In this document: positions 15,201-28,071 of the stretch, piece after piece | Numbering within the stretch: the stretch's first letter is position 1 | Layout: every line of letters begins with the position of its first letter | Assembly: GCA_051294375.1 (NCBI GenBank) | Contig: CM119263.1 | Coordinates: 22,594,833-22,658,832, forward strand | Origin: Paraspadella gotoi | Lineage: Eukaryota > Animalia > Chaetognatha | Reading direction: 5' to 3' | Length of the DNA: 64,000 bases | Program-made: the position numbers and the translations under genes | The notes under the pieces: generated by a model | The model's input: only the letters and a program-made list of their open reading frames with translations | Told to the model about the DNA's origin: nothing | Databases searched by the model: none

Positions 15201-16816
15201 TTGAGCTTCGTTTGACTCATCGCTTTTCCCAGATGATTTTTCGCTTCGCATCTGTAAATCCCAGCATCGTCCCATTTCGTTCGCAAAAAGACCTGAAACA
15301 AGAGAAATGTTTGATAACAACAAACGACACTTAAGATGCATCGAGGTAAACAGAAGTTTAATGGGATAAACTGTAAAATCCGAATCGAATGCAAAGTCAA
15401 AGTTTTAAATTTAATTGTGTTTGAACAAAGGCTCTGTTTAAAACTTCAATTGTTTTTCGTAAATTTAAATTTACTGTAGGTTTAACGCGCAACGAAATGC
15501 TCATGCCACATCAGAGCCTCTGCAGTCGCAAATTACACTCCCGTATATTTATACCGTTTTTTGAAGTTTTTGTACAAACTATGTACAAACTACGTCCTTT
15601 AACCTCCTAAAGTGAACCTCCCAAAAGAGCACACTCATTCATCCCGATCGCGCACTCTCGGAACTCTCTTTCCCCCCCCCACTACGCAGCCCGTGCCCGA
15701 CGGGTCGTGCGTCTCCGCATTCGCCCAACTCATCGATTTCGAACAAAAGGCGTCGTTCGTTTGTTTAAAGGATTTCCAACTCGCGAAAAACAAACAAGGG
15801 CACGAAACGGACCCGAGAGAGAATGCACCCCCTACCCTCAGTCTTCCCCTTTCCACAAAAAACAAAAAACAAAAAGAGCAACATTTTGATTCCAAATGTC
15901 AAAATCCTATTGTTTTTTGGCCGAATGAGGGAATCTGTAGGTTTTATTCGATAAATTTTACGCGTATTCAACTGGTTATCTTTTTCTGTATAAATTAAAT
16001 ATCGCATACGTTTTGTTTCATAACTAATCGCGTCAGTAAGTTAAAAACGAACCGTGAAAGTAGATTAACTCTCGGATCAATCGGTGGCCGAGCGTCGAGG
16101 TCACGCATTAACCCGAATTTTAGTTAAAAAGTTTAAAAAGGCCTAAAACAAGACAACATTGACTCTTTTTTTTTCTTCTACGGCGCGAGCTTCAATTAGT
16201 CTTTAACCTCGCAAAGGGCGCGATCGGATTAGAAACTCTCGCGCGCTCAGCAAATACACCTTCCGTTCTCTGCATTGACGGTATTGACTGTATTGATTCA
16301 GAAGAAGCGCCGGATGAAGGTGTAGAATAGAGCTCGTGACGAGGATAGGAAATAATGCTAAGATTTTTAAGAAAACTAGTGAAAAGTATTTGCGTTATAA
16401 GTTATAAGATAACGAAAAGAATTTTTTTTTTCCTAAACAAATATTGACAGTAAATTAAACGGATTTTTTAAGTCTTTTTTTTTTAAATATTTGAATCACA
16501 AATATTTTATTATGCGTAAGTTAAACCGATTTGTCGAAAAAAGTTTTAGAAAAAGTTAACATAGTTTCTTTTTTCAATTAAAATTTACTTCTTTTTTTCT
16601 CTCTCTTTCTCACCAAACCGTCCCGTAGATCTTGATGTCCTGATGATTCCTTCTCGATTTTGTCGTCGCCCCTAACCACGTGACTTCCGGTTGAGGAAAT
16701 CGTTGACGGCGCACGGGAGATGACGCCGCCGCCGACGCCGACTCTCGCAGAGGTCATGGAATGCGAGATCCTCCGGGAGGAGTCCACGGGTCCTTGGTTT
16801 AAGAAGGGGTGGTGAA

Positions 16817-16854
<38 letters not shown>

Positions 16855-18439
16855 GTCTCTCTCCTGTCTCTCTCTGTTTCTCTCTCTCTCTCTCTCTCTT
16901 TGTCAGTTTTTTTTTGCCAACACACCCCTATCAATTCATGTATCCTATCATCCTATCATCAATCAGTATCTCCAATTAAATCTTTACTTTTTTACAATTC
17001 TCACCTTCTAGGATGATCAATGACAGTATTCCACTCCTTACTCCTCCTTCTCACAGTCCCCTTAATTTCTGCTACTCTTCCTCTTCCCCCTCCCCGTCCC
17101 CATCCCTTCCTATTTCCCCTTCCTTCCTCTTCCCCATTTAGCTCTCTTCCTCTTCCTCCCCTCCCACCCCTTCTCTTCCCCAATAGTTCCTCTCCCACTC
17201 CCCCTCACTTTCAACGATGATGAGTTGCGCCCCTCCGCTTGTCTTCGACTCTTCGTAAGTCGATCACGACGCTGCACCGATAGCCCTCTTGCGAATCTAA
17301 AGGGTGGGCGCGCCGGACGTGGAGGCGTCCGTCGGGCGTCACGCCGCGGCGCTCGTCGTTCACGATCGGTCTCATGCCGTAAAGACCACGAAGTCACGAC
17401 GACGTGATGCTTTTTTTCGTGAGGTGGGAACATTTATTTCAATTGATTTTTTTTTTTAATTTATTTAATATTGAAATCCTAAGTAATTCGTTTTAATTGG
17501 ACCTCTTATCGCGGAAAAAAAGACAGAAGACAACAATTGTCAGAAACCAAGTAAACTGACGTGTCATCAGTGTCAAAATAGGTACATAGTAAAAATGAGA
17601 GATGAATTTATTATTATTTAACCAAACCAATAATGGAGTACACTGAGCCAACAGACAGACAGACTGAAAAAGTCCGAACCTGCATGAGGCGGGGAATGAC
17701 ACAAGTGAAGACGGCGGTTGTGCCGATGATGACGTAATTCGTCGTTGACTTGAACGTCGAATCGTTGACGAGTGACGCCGATGACACGGATAAAGCGCGA
17801 GACGATGACGCCGGCGGATTGGAGGCGCGGCAGCGCAACGTGCCGAATGGACGCTGGCGGTGTTAGTTGATGGTCGGGGGAAAGTGGAGGGTCCCGTTGG
17901 GAGGATGTCGAGCAGGCTGGGAGAAGGACCAGCAGTGGTGGAATTAGGAGAGAGGTGGTGGAAAGATTCATAGTTTGTGTTTTTCAACTTAGAAACTTTG
18001 TTTAATTAGTTTAAACTGTTAATTAAAACAGTTAATTTGTTACACTGCTCCCGATTAGACCGTTTCGATATCGAATCATTCTGGCAAATATCTATCATGA
18101 AAACCGATCAGATACTAATCATTTCTGGAGCATAAATCTGATAAAATGTCGGATTGCAGACAGCTGATATACGTAGCATTGCAGATTACGAAAAGGGATA
18201 GATTTCGGACGGGAAAAAAGTTTATATCGTTGTCCCTTGGATAATAACCGCGAGAACTAACAACTAAAATGATTACCGGCGTTGCTTCAACGGTTCTCGA
18301 CGCCGTCGTTCCGACCTTGAACCATTCTATTAAGGGCTGAGGAACGCCCCGAGGCGCAGGAATTCAGCGCGAGGGAGACGAGCACGGTCGAGTCGGCCGT
18401 GAAAACGGGCCCGTCGGGTGACCCGTTGAGGGAGAGAGC
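2800..18439 (-). CDS. Dscam: Dscam-family Ig-superfamily cell adhesion receptor, exons for Ig1-Ig9 (copy A of Ig1-Ig4 plus single-copy Ig4/5-Ig9); 3' part not seen in window
   Basis: GT-AG exons read by eye: 18439-18277 (Ig1 N-half), 17916-17680 (..ASNPAGVIVSRFIRVIGVTRQRFDVQVND.YVIIGTTAVFTCVIP), 17409-17209 (Ig2 C-half), 16792-16614 and 15292-15193 (Ig3, DDAGIYRCEAKNHLG), 11974-11762 (Ig4), 11564-11374 (CVVTNQYETSQGVAQLSLG..GCEAHG..PVITWMLDG), 10727-10562 (SNLTLTNVKAEDGGRYSCVAFNKVG..INVY), 10381-10304 (GLPQVRSM..IPCYASG), ~10045-9915, 8694-8581 ([38 protein letters not shown], typical Dscam Ig7), 8181-8091, 5937-5849 (Ig8 LPCQASGTPPPKITWKKA), 3596-3420 and 2956-~2800 (Ig9). Domain order and motifs match Dscam/DSCAM. 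Several exons carry single-base indels consistent with uncorrected long-read sequence. Confidence 0.85.
5376..6800. repeat. Large inverted duplication centred near the 25-N gap at 5938-5962
   Basis: 5376-5486 is the reverse complement of ~6685-6800, and 5819-5937 is the reverse complement of ~6250-6390. Spacing is conserved across the N-run. Confidence 0.9.
5971..6670 (+). CDS. Dscam: Dscam Ig7 C-half and Ig8 exons in inverted orientation, frameshifted
   Basis: Frameshift-tolerant plus-strand readings: 5971-~6094 SLTITKAS..GNY.CRASND..VKLRLRVI; ~6200-6360 PKW.LEPEDISIV..LPCQ..PPKITWK; 6464-~6670 YRVFANGTLSVGNA..GHYLC..SN.VG. These are the exons expected after the minus-strand exon 8181-8091. 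Confidence 0.72.
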
Positions 18440-19384
18440 CTGGATGGGTAGGGAAAAATGGAAAGTGAAAAAGGAAAAGAAAAAAGTGGAAACGCAGGAA
18501 GTACGAAGTTTTGTAAAAGTGATTGGCGTCACAGTCAATCAGTCAGTCAATCAATCTAAAAATACTAACTAAAGATTGATTAAGAGAGCACGCGCTTTTT
18601 TATATTATCTCCAATGACTAAGATTTGATCTCGAAAATTTTTTTTCGTGAGTCACGATTTTGTGAGAGTGAAATTAAAAGGGACCAAAAAAAAAATCGAT
18701 GGAAATCTCGAGTGCGAGAAATCGTGAACCGGAAATTGAGAAGCGGACGAGAAGAAAATCGCCGTCGGTTCTCGGACATCGCTTCTCACGCGACTCTCAG
18801 GGGCGAGCATTTCCGCTCCTTCGCTTTCATTCGCTGGCGCATTCTCAGGATCTTCACATGCAAACGTGAATCCGTGACTCGTGATCGATCGGTTAGGTGC
18901 GTGAGTTAAGGAATATAGTTTGGGAGTGAGTTTTATTGAAGAGGATGACCTAATTCTTGGTAAATGCGTTGCTTTCTTTGTATGCTTATGTACAAAAAGC
19001 AAATAATTTTAAAACTAGCCAGACAATCTTTGGTAAGAAATCAATCGATATCCCAAGTTTTGAAATTTTAAACCTGTAAAATCAAAAAAATGAAATAAAT
19101 GGTGAAAGAAAATTGAAAAAAATGGAAAGAAAATTAAAACAAGTTTGAGCAAACAATGTGATCTGCCACGATAATTAATTAATTAATTGATTAATTAATT
19201 AATTAATAGATAATTAATTAATTAATAGATTAATTAATTAATTAATAGATTAATTAATTATTTAATTAATAGATTAATTATAATTTTATATTCAGCTTGT
19301 TCATCATCGATGTCCTTAAAATTGAGTCAGGACAGTTATTAAATGTTTTGTTTACATTTTATCAAAACAAACAAATATCCTCTA

Positions 19385-19685
19385 TTATCGAGCCAGGGGC
19401 AAAGCCCGTCCTGTCTAGATTTTTTTTTTCGGTTTAGCTTTCGGTCTCGCTTTTTTGCATCATGGCTAAAGTGTGATATCATAGGGAGTTGAATTTTCAT
19501 ATATGGCTTCTAATCATCAAGATCTTTAAAATCTCATGTTTCATATCAATATTGGTATTTGTTTATGTTTTATTTACAAAACAAAAACGTTTTAATTATA
19601 TGTCGCTCTCTCCTCTCTCTCTTTTCTCCGTACTGCTTCTTCTAAAAAAACAAGTGTCCGGCTCTGCAGCGTCTTCCAGCTTCTT

Positions 19686-19716
<31 letters not shown>

Positions 19717-20117
19717 CTCTTTTTTTTTACAAAAAATTTTTAATATAATGGTGGTCACTAATGTAAAAAACGAATGCCGCGAACAGGGCGCGAACCCGGG
19801 TCCTTTGGGTAGAGAATAGCTCACGCTACTGCGGCGCCATAGTACTGCTGATTTTTTTAACGAGTAAATTATAGCTCTCTCTTCTCTCTCTTTTAATTAT
19901 TATATATCCGTCTTTCTCTTTCTCTTTTTCTCTCTCTCTCTCTGTCTCTCTGTCCTCTGTGTGTGTCTGTCCCTATGTCCGATCTTTTGCGGATCGTTTG
20001 TTTTGAAAATTCTGATTATTTTTTCTTAAAAACTTTTTATTATTGCCATTTATTCCGCGCTTTTTTCATACAAAATCCATATTTCATCCGAGATTTTCGT
20101 GGATTTATTCTCTTCTT

Positions 20118-20152
<35 letters not shown>

Positions 20153-20159
20153 TTCTCTC

Positions 20160-20224
<65 letters not shown>

Positions 20225-20530
20225 ACTCAACACGCATTTGTTTTTTTATGACTATCATCGCATCAATGAATGACAATCATCGCATCAATGAATGACATCA
20301 TCGCATCACTGAATGACTATCATCACAGCAGTGAATGACTATATCGCATCAATAATTGATTATCATCGAATCAATAATCAATTCCATTACATCAATAAAT
20401 TACTATTACATCAATCAATTAGTATTACCTCAATCAATTACTATACATCAACAATTCGTTATCGCATGATTATTCGTTTTTTCCCGGTTTTTCAATTAAT
20501 TTTCTATGATAGTGGGCTCTGGCTCGATCT
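19385..20530. mobile_element. Putative non-autonomous interspersed element with short inverted ends, (CT)n and CATCAATGAATGA-type tandem repeats
   Basis: TCGAGCCAGGGGC at ~19388 and GCTCTGGCTCGA at ~20516 are inverted. Internal 20220-20470 matches, inverted, ~45380-45477 plus 46085-46410. Confidence 0.45.
19775..19845 (-). mobile_element. Degenerate tRNA-derived SINE head
   Basis: Minus strand has an A-box-like TGGCGCCGCAGT and a B-box-like GGTTCGCGCCC, and shares CCCAAAGG.CC.GGGTTC with the element at 57623. Confidence 0.5.
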
Positions 20531-20679
20531 TGAGTCTTTAAGATTTTTTTATTTTATGTCTCCTTCTCTCTCTCTCTCCTCACTCTCTCTTTCTCCTCAC
20601 TCTCTCTCTCTCTCTCACCTCTCTCTTTCTCTCTCTCTCTCTTTTATGCAATAGCGCGATCCTTATGCTTTAAGATTTT

Positions 20680-21054
20680 TTTAACTTGCATCATTTTTCA
20701 ACTTGCATAATTTTTTTCAACTTGCATTCCGTCAAAACTTTATATCTACCTTCTTCACTCACTTTTCCTACCGGCTCACAAATTTCATCTCAAATCTATC
20801 ATGGGTTAAAATAAATAAAAAGATTCAAGTAAATGTGACTCAATTTTTTTCATTTAACTCATTTCACTGTACGTTTCCACTGAAACTTTATATCAAGCTT
20901 CGTCATACGTTTCCTACCCCACACAAATTTCAAACTCATCTATCATCCAATTATGATTAATAGGAGTATTGGTAAAATAGTAAAAAAAGATTTTAGTAAA
21001 TTCGACTTATGTTTTTTCATTTAAAATATTTCCACTCACACGATTCCATCGAAA
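20680..21054 (-). repeat. Copy of the DINE-1/Helentron-like repeat family also at 60200-60555 and 61350-61860
   Basis: Reverse complement of the TTTCGATGGAATCG..GTGGAAA, GTGTGGGTAGGAAA and ATGCAAGTTGAAAAA motifs of those copies. Confidence 0.65.
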
Positions 21055-21079
21055 NNNNNNNNNNNNNNNNNNNNNNNNN

Positions 21080-21739
21080 ACTGGTTGGTCACTACGCACT
21101 GGGGAAAGGGAGGGGAGTCATCGAATGGGAAGAGAGAAGCAGGAATCAAGTCACTCACGTAGACGATGTGCAATTTGTGTAATTATTGGAATTATATCCT
21201 ACGTAATTTTTATATATATATCTCTCTCTTTCTCTCTCTGTCTCACTCTCGGGCGGTCCAAAAAAAAATTATATTGACTTGTCTTGACCTTCAACTATTT
21301 GTCCTTCGTGTCCTTACCTGATACATCCCCGTGTCCCGTCTGGTCATTGGCTCGATGACCAGCACCGTCCCTTGCACCAATCTGACTCTGTCTCCATCCG
21401 CCTTCAACTCGACGCCATCTTTGAGCCACGTGACGCCGGAAATCGGAAAACCGGAAATGGAGCAGTTGAGCGTCGCGCGTTCGAGGGCGTCGACCGTCAC
21501 GTGAGGGGGCGTGACGGTCACTTGAAGAGGCGCTGTGGAAGGGGGGAGGGGATGTGAGAAAAGCATGATGATGATGATGATGTGAAATTGTTCGTTCTAA
21601 ATAAAGAAAATAAAGAAAAAACTAAGAAGCAAAAAAACGAAAAAACAAAGAAACAAAGAAACAAAGAAGGGACATGAATTCACAGGAGGCAAAAGTTGAA
21701 GTCGGGATTTCATCGATCGCAACGCGACGACAACCCGAA

Positions 21740-21808
<69 letters not shown>

Positions 21809-24800
21809 CGCTTGTTGGCTCTCGCCTTTTTTCACCTTCTCTCCCCCCACTTTCTCTCTCCCTCCAGCTCCATTCAATTTCACTTTATTCTTTGCGACCG
21901 TAAAATAAGAATTTTAAAAATTTTCAAAAATAACTAATAACAAACTCAAACAAAACAATTTAATAAGAAACTCGAGACTTATTAAATAACTCTAAATTCA
22001 TTTTTTTAATTAAGAGCTTCCCTCGTTCGAAATCTTTCAAAGTAACAGGAAGAGGAGGAAAAAACCACTTCATCTCAATACGAAGAGGAAGAGCGAAGAG
22101 GATCGAAAGTGGACAACTCTCGTTCACTTGACGATTCTCACGGCGACGTCGTCGAACCCGAGATTTCCACCTGCGCGAGACAGAGAATTTCCTCCATTGA
22201 TTTTTTTCCCTCTGTCTCCCACTCCCCCTTCTTTCCTTTCCTCCCTTTTCTCCAACCTCTTCCCTCCAAATTTCCTCCATTTTAATCCTCTTCCTTCCAA
22301 CGACTCCACCTGCCATCGACGCGTCGACCCCCCCCCAAAAAAAAAGTGACGCTCGCGTTTTAATCTTCGTCGTCGTCGTTGTTGTTGTTGTCTCTATTGT
22401 TGTTCTCTTTGTCAACGACGAGTCGTTATCAACATCAGCAAAAATTCCCGTCTTTGATGATTGGACTATCATCGTCTTTGTCGTGAAATGTTGAATTGTT
22501 TGAATTTTGAAATGTTGAATTGTGGATATAAAATTGGTACAAATAATATTCATTCATTCAATGGACAATTATTTTGTAAGATGATAACATACCCAGCGGC
22601 AGCAGGCTTACAACCAAAGCTCTTTCACAGTATAGTGTATCAACCCTTATAAATATATTTCCATAAGGCTCACAGTTGTTATAAATTTTCCAATTTTGGT
22701 AAGTTTATCTTGAGAGGACGAATAGGAAGAAGTTGCGAACTGATAAGGGACGTAAGATAAGCTTCGGTGAGTCTTTCCCATGAAAATTGAAAGATCGATT
22801 TAATTTCGTAGATTCCCCCCCCTCCGCCCCCCCGATTCAAAACGACGACATCGATCGATAAAAAATTTGACAGGAAATTCCTAATCTCTCGTCGAATCAG
22901 GGTCTTCAATTATTGTTCTTACTCTGATTTGTTTTCATTTTTTATTCGTATAATTATAAAACGACTTAGCCTTTTAATAATTTTAAAAAAAGACAAATTA
23001 AAATGAAATGGTTGTTCTTGACCGAGAATGAAACCCCGCAAATTTTTGGGAACATTCGCCCTCGAGATGAGAGCGAGAATCGCCAAGAGGAAATTCAACG
23101 GAAATAAAAAAAAAGAAAAGAAAAAGAAAAGAAAAAAGTAAATCGAAACCACGAGCGGTCATCGTCCTAAAGAAGGTCAAGATTTGGGTCAACGTCTTCT
23201 CGGCAGATGGAACCCTTTAAAAGGAAGATGGAAACGCGAGATGGAATCGCGACAATATCAAGATGGAGACGTGACTCCCTCAAGACGTTCGTCGGTCGCG
23301 CGAGAGGGACCCGCCGCGGGGGAACGCGGTCAAAGGGTCAAGGAAGGGTGGGATTCGACCGAATTGGGCTACAATCGGGTAAGTCGGCCGCGGCGCGAAC
23401 TTCGATCTCGGGGTAGAGATTATGCGACCTTCAATCTATTAAGGGTCATAACGGTGTGAGGCGTTTGAGGGGTGAATGGACGAGGAAGCGTGCTCAGAGG
23501 AAAACGCCCTTATCTATGAATAGAATTTCGCTCGCGCGTGATCGATCGAAAAGATAAGAAGTAATGTTAAGGTCAATGGCTGGGGATTTTGTTAATTTGT
23601 TTGGTTAATCGAGGTGAGGAACAAGGGCGTCGATCTGACAAAAGATTCGGGTGAGGTGATCGGCGGCGGCGGATGAGGTGAGAAATTGGGTCGAGAAGAA
23701 AACGACGAGGACAACGACTGCGGATTGAGGGCGACGCTGCGGGTGAGAAATCGGGTCAGGATCGGAAAAAGCGATCTATTAAATGGGTGAGGTTGACGGG
23801 TGAGGTTATTCCGAGTGGGACATATGCCGAAGGAAGGTACACGAACAAAGAGCATATGCCGGACGAACGGACTATGGACATCGGAGGGCAAAGACCCGAA
23901 CTCGAGTTTTCTTTCGCGTCGTGCAAGCGGGCATTGCCCGTGGAAAGGAGTCGACAGTTACGTGCGGATTGGAAATGGAATTATCGGACCCGAAAGGATG
24001 AATAATGCGGATTTGGGGGCAGTTGATAACAGATATCGGAAAGACGAAAGGAGAGAGAGAGAGAGAAAAAAAAAATCGATGGGATTTCGAAGTGACGGCG
24101 AATTAGAAATCGAGAGTAAAATTCGACCGCGATTTGAAAATCGGGGAAAAAAAAAAGAGAAGCCGATTCCTCGAAAACAGAATTCGGCGGATCTCGGATT
24201 TCAATTTTTGTTTCTCGGATGGCGGAATCGATGGAAGCGTGGTAGACTGAATGCACTGACTGGTGGTTGTGACTGCAACGGTTTTGATATCACCTAATTC
24301 AGTTCGGATTAATATTCTACTATTTCTACTTCTAAAATTTAGACTATATTTTCTTCTAAGTAGTAGTTGATTGCGATGACTTATAAGTATTTTATTATGG
24401 GGGTTTGATTTGACATTGTTCGATATTGAATGAAAAAAGCTTAAAGGCATGGTAATAATCAGTTCAAAGCCCCCCTCCCTCATTCCTCTTCATTTACAAA
24501 CGATGAAAAACTTGAATGGCAATCAAACTCAAACGACGACGACGATGGGAACATCATTCACAATCGAGTGTTTTTTTTTTCGCGGCTTCAAATCGTCGTC
24601 GCTTTGAGCCGATTACGTTAATCCCGTTTTCCTTATTCTCTCCTTTATTCGTCTCCCATTCATGAGATATTTAAATCCGAGGTTCCCATCGTGAATAGAG
24701 AACATATTTCCATCTTTTTAAAACTTCTCCTTCATTTATTCAAAATTCGATTTCTTTTCATTCATAAAATCGATTCATTTTCTCACCCGTGACGTTGAGC

Positions 24801-27800
24801 TTCGTTTGACTCATCGCTTTTCCCAGATGATTTTTCGCTTCGCATCTGTAAATCCCAGCATCGTCCCATTTCGTTCGCAAAAAGACCTGAAAACAAGAGA
24901 AATGTTTGATAACAACAAACGACACTTAAGATGCATCGAGGTAAACAGAAGTTTAATGGGATAAACTGTAAAATCCGAATCGAATGCAAAGTCAAAGTTT
25001 TAAATTTAATTGTGTTTGAACAAAGGCTCTGTTTAAAACTTCAATTGTTTTTCGTAAATTTAAATTTACTGTAGGTTTAACGCGCAACGAAATGCTCATG
25101 CCACAGCAGAGCCTCTGCAGTCCGCAAATTACACTCCCGTATAAACACCCAAAGGAGTACATTTGCTAAGCACCGTTATATTTATCCGTTTTGAAGTTTT
25201 TGTACAAACTATGTACAAACTACGTCCTTTAACCTCCTAAAGTGAACCTCCCAAAAGAGCACACTCGGGAACTCTCTTTCCCCCCCCCCCACTACGCAGC
25301 CCGTGCCCGACGGGTCGTGCGTCTCCGCATTCGCCCAACTCATCGATTTCGAACAAAAGGCGTCGTTCGTTTGTTTAAAGGATTTCCAACTCGCGAAAAA
25401 CAAACAAGGGCACGAAACGGACCCCGAGAGAGAATGCACCCCCTACCCCTCAGTCTTCCCCCTTTCCACAAAAAACAAAAACCAAAAAGAGCAACATTTT
25501 GATTCCAAATGTCAAAATCCTATTGTTTTTTGGCCGAATGAGGGAATCTGTAGGTTTTATTCGATAAATTTTACGCGTATTCAACTGGTTATCTTTTTTC
25601 TGTATAAATTAAATATCGCATACGTTTTGTTTCATAACTAATCGCGTCAGAAAGTTAAAAACGAACCGTGAAAGTAGATTAACTCTCGGATCAATCGGTG
25701 GCCGAGCGTCGAGGTCACGCATTAACCCGAATTTTAGTTAAAAAGTTAAAAAGGCCTAAAAACAAGACAAACATTGACTCTTTTTTTTTCTTCTACGGCG
25801 CGAGCTTCAATTAGTCTTTAACCTCGCAAAAGGGCGCGATCGGATTAGAAACTCCTCGCGCGCTCAGCAAATACACCTTCCGTTCTCTGCATTTACGGTA
25901 TTGACTGTATTGATTCAGAAGAAGCGCCGGATGAAGGTATTAGAATAGAGCTCGTGACGAGGATAGGAAATAATGCTAAGATTTTTAAGAAAACTAGTGA
26001 AAAGTATTTGCGTTATAAGTTATAAGATAACGAAAAGAAATTTTTTTTTTTCCTAAAACAAATATTGACAGTAAATTAAACGGATTTATTAAGTCTTTTT
26101 TTTTAAATATTTGAATCACAAATATTTTATTTATGCGTAAGTTAAACCGATTTGTCGAAAAAAGTTTTAGAAGAAAGTTAAACATAGTTTTCTTTTTTCA
26201 ATTAAAATTTACTTCTTTCTCTCTCTCTTTCTCACCAAATCCGTCCCGTAGATCTTGATGTCCTGATGATCCTTCTCGATTTTGTCGTCGCCCCTAAACC
26301 ACGTGACTTCCGGTTGAGGAAATCCGTTGACGGCGCACGGGAGGATGACGCCGCCGCCGACGCCGACTCTCGCAGAGGTCATGGAATGCGAGATCTCCGG
26401 GAGGGAGTCCACGGGTCCTTGGTTTAAGAAGGGGGTGGTGAAGATTCTCTCTCTCTCTCTCTGTCTCTCTATGTCTCTCTCTGTCTCTCTCTCTCTCTTG
26501 TCAGTTTTTTTGCCAACACACCCCTATCAATTCATGTCATCCTATCATCCTATCATCATCAGTATCTCCAATTAAATCTTTACTTTCTTACAATTCTCAC
26601 CTTCTAGGATGATCAATGATAGTATTCACTCCTTTACTCCTCCTCTCACAGTCCCCTTAATTTCTGCTACTCTTCTCTTCCCCTCCCCTCCCCATCCCTT
26701 CCTCTTTCCCCTTCCCTTCCTCTTCCCCATTAGCTCCTCTTCCTCTTCCCCCTCCCACCCCTTCCTCTTCCCCAATAGTTCCTCTTCCCACTCCCCCTCA
26801 CTTTCAACGATGATGAGTTGCGCCCCTCCGCTTGTCTTCGACTCCTTCGTAAGTCGATTCACGACGCTGCACCGATAGCCCTCTTGCGAATCCAAAGGGT
26901 GGGCGCGCCGGACGTGGAGGCGTCCGTCGGGCGTCACGCCGCGGCGCTCGTCGTTCACGATCGGTCTCATGCCGTAAGACCACGAAGTCACGACGACGTG
27001 ATGCTTTTTTTCGTGAGGGTGGGAACATTTTATTTCAATTGATTTTTTTTTTTAATTTATTTAATATTGTAAATCCTAAGTATCGTTTTAATTGGACCTC
27101 TTATCGCGGAAAAAAAGACAGAAAGACAACAATTGTCAGAAACCAAATAAAACTGACGTGTCATCAGGTCAAAAATAGGTACATAGTAAAATGAGAGATG
27201 AATTTATTATTATTTAACAAACCCAATAATGGAGTACACTGAGCCAACAGACAGACAGACTGAAAAAGGTCCGAACCTGCATGAAGGCGGGAATGACACA
27301 AGTGAAGACGGCGGTTGTGCCGATGATGACGTATTCGTCGTTGACTTGAACGTCGAATCGTTGACGAGTGACGCCGATGACACGGATAAAGCGCGAGACG
27401 ATGACGCCGCGCGGATTGGAGGCGCGGCAGCGCAACGTGCCCGAATGGACGCTGGCGGTGTAGTTGATGGTCGGGGGAAAGTGGAGGGTCCCGTTGGGGA
27501 GGATGTCGAGCAGGCCTGGGGAGAAGGGACCAGCAGTGGTGGAATTTAGGAGAGAGGTGGTGGAAAGATTCATAGTTTGTGTTTTTCAACTTAGAAAACT
27601 TTGTTTAATTAGTTTAAACTGTTAATTAAAACAGTTAATTTGTTTACACTGCTCCCGATTAGACCGTTTTCGATATCGAAATCATCTGGCAAAATATCTA
27701 TCATGAAACCGATCAGTACTAATCATTTCTGGCAGCAAAATCTGATAATAATGTCGGATTGCGAGACAGCTGATATACGTCGCATTGCAGATTACGAAAG

Positions 27801-28071
27801 GGATTAGATTTCGGCGAGGAAAAAAATGTTTATATCGTTGTCCCTTGGATTAATAACCGCGAGAACTACAACAACTAAAAATGATTACCCGGCGTTGGCT
27901 TCAACGGTTCCTCGACGCCGTCGTTCCCGACCTTGAACCATTCTATTAAGGGCTGAGGAACGCCCCGAGCGGCACAGGGAATCCACGCGCCGAGGGAGAC
28001 GGCGAAGTCGACGGATCGAGGCTCGGCCGTGAAAACGGGCCCTTCGGGTTGACCCGGTTGAGGGGAGGAGC
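21080..28071 (-). CDS. Dscam: Second copy (B) of Dscam Ig1-Ig4 exons
   Basis: Exons 28071-27889 (PEGPVFTAEPRSVDFAVSLGAWIPCAARGVPQPLIEWFK), 27515-27277 (GLLDILPNGTLHFPP..VHSGTLRCRASNP..FTCVIPAFMQ), 27003-26802 (VTSWSYG..TPDGRLHVRRAHPLDSQEGYRCSVVNRLTKE), 26417-26236 (ILPCAVNGFPQPEVTWFR), 24886-24787, 21532-21318 (APLQVTVTPPHVTVDALERATLNCSISGFPISGVTWLKDG..DTGMYQ). The next exon is cut by the gap at 21080. Confidence 0.82.

Noticed and set aside
2800-28071. Calling Dscam a pseudogene or invoking programmed frameshifting
   Set aside because: Indels fall at different places in the two copies and mostly in homopolymers, while splice sites and conserved Cys/Trp are intact. Sequencing error is the better explanation.
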